From Octopus vulgaris (taxonomy: Eukaryota): 64,000 nt of DNA. The stretch spans positions 106,144,001 through 106,208,000 of the forward strand of contig OX597818.1 of assembly GCA_951406725.2 (NCBI GenBank). The letters are read 5' to 3'. Numbering within the stretch: position 1 is the first letter of the stretch; every line of letters starts with the position of its first letter. The translations under genes were made by a program, and so were the position numbers. The notes under the pieces were generated by a model that did not search any database, had not been told where the DNA came from, and saw nothing but the letters and a program-made list of their open reading frames with translations. Positions 63,489 through 64,000 of this stretch are shown piece by piece.

Positions 63489-63857
63489 CCACTGCTTGGT
63501 GCCAAGGACTCCAAATTTGCCATCAAGATGTAGGACAAGATACTGTGATAGCTTGGGCTTCAGAGGCCCACAGCTCTTCAATATCCTCCCGAAGAACCTG
63601 AGGGACCTGCATGGGGTGGATGCAGATGTCTTTAATGTAGGACTGGATCTCTTCCTGTCAGGTGTCCCAGATGAACCAACTTCACGACAGGAGGTGCAGA
63701 TGAGGGCAGCTGCATCGAACTCTCTCATGCACCAAATGGCAGTTGCTAAAAAGCATTTGTGAAGTAAAATCATGTAGCAACACCAAATGGTGGTGCCCCA
63801 GCATGGTCACAGCTCGTGAGCTGAAACTAGATAAAATAAAATAAAAAATAAAATAAA

Positions 63858-63858
<1 letters not shown>
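63489..63858 (+). mobile_element. CR1/L2-group LINE 3' end with (TAAAA)n tail
   Basis: [44 protein letters not shown] is a typical ORF2 C-terminus. Confidence 0.8.
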
Positions 63859-63860
<2 letters not shown>

Positions 63861-63943
<83 letters not shown>

Positions 63944-64000
63944 GTATATGTGTGTGTGTGTATATATGTGTGTGTGTATGTATATATATATGCGTGTATA
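63861..64000. repeat. (TG)n/(TA)n microsatellite
   Basis: Read directly. Confidence 0.97.

Noticed and set aside
62366-63773. Tyr/Ile/His-rich ORFs
   Set aside because: Microsatellite translations; only the last ~90 codons of 63310-63762 are LINE-derived.

Overview
This is eukaryotic, AT-rich, repeat-dominated DNA. The repeat landscape (RTE LINEs with (GAT)n tails, CORE-type tRNA SINEs, dense (TA)n/(TG)n) suggests a coleoid cephalopod such as Octopus; that is inference. One host gene can be read directly and is not recovered as a gene by the ORF track: a 5-coding-exon ropporin-1-like gene (ROPN1L, ~225 aa, + strand, 11754-31165). It has a probable non-coding first exon near 2.6 kb behind RFX X-box motifs, and there may be a divergent transcript to the left. 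The rest is transposon material: many decayed RTE LINEs, a near-intact CR1/L2-group LINE, a young Gypsy provirus with an essentially intact hAT-Buster transposon nested in it, Tc1/mariner elements, Penelope remnants, a Helitron and SINEs. Four signals stand out: (1) a ~3 kb array of 56-bp hairpin units, each an LTR-end plus tRNA primer-binding site, fused to an integrase-only LTR element; (2) a well-formed hammerhead ribozyme at 34726-34807 (-); (3) a PHD-type zinc finger inserted inside the RTE reverse transcriptase; (4) a provirus whose two flanks do not match. Most short ORFs in the track are repeat or microsatellite noise. All alignments and folds were done by eye.
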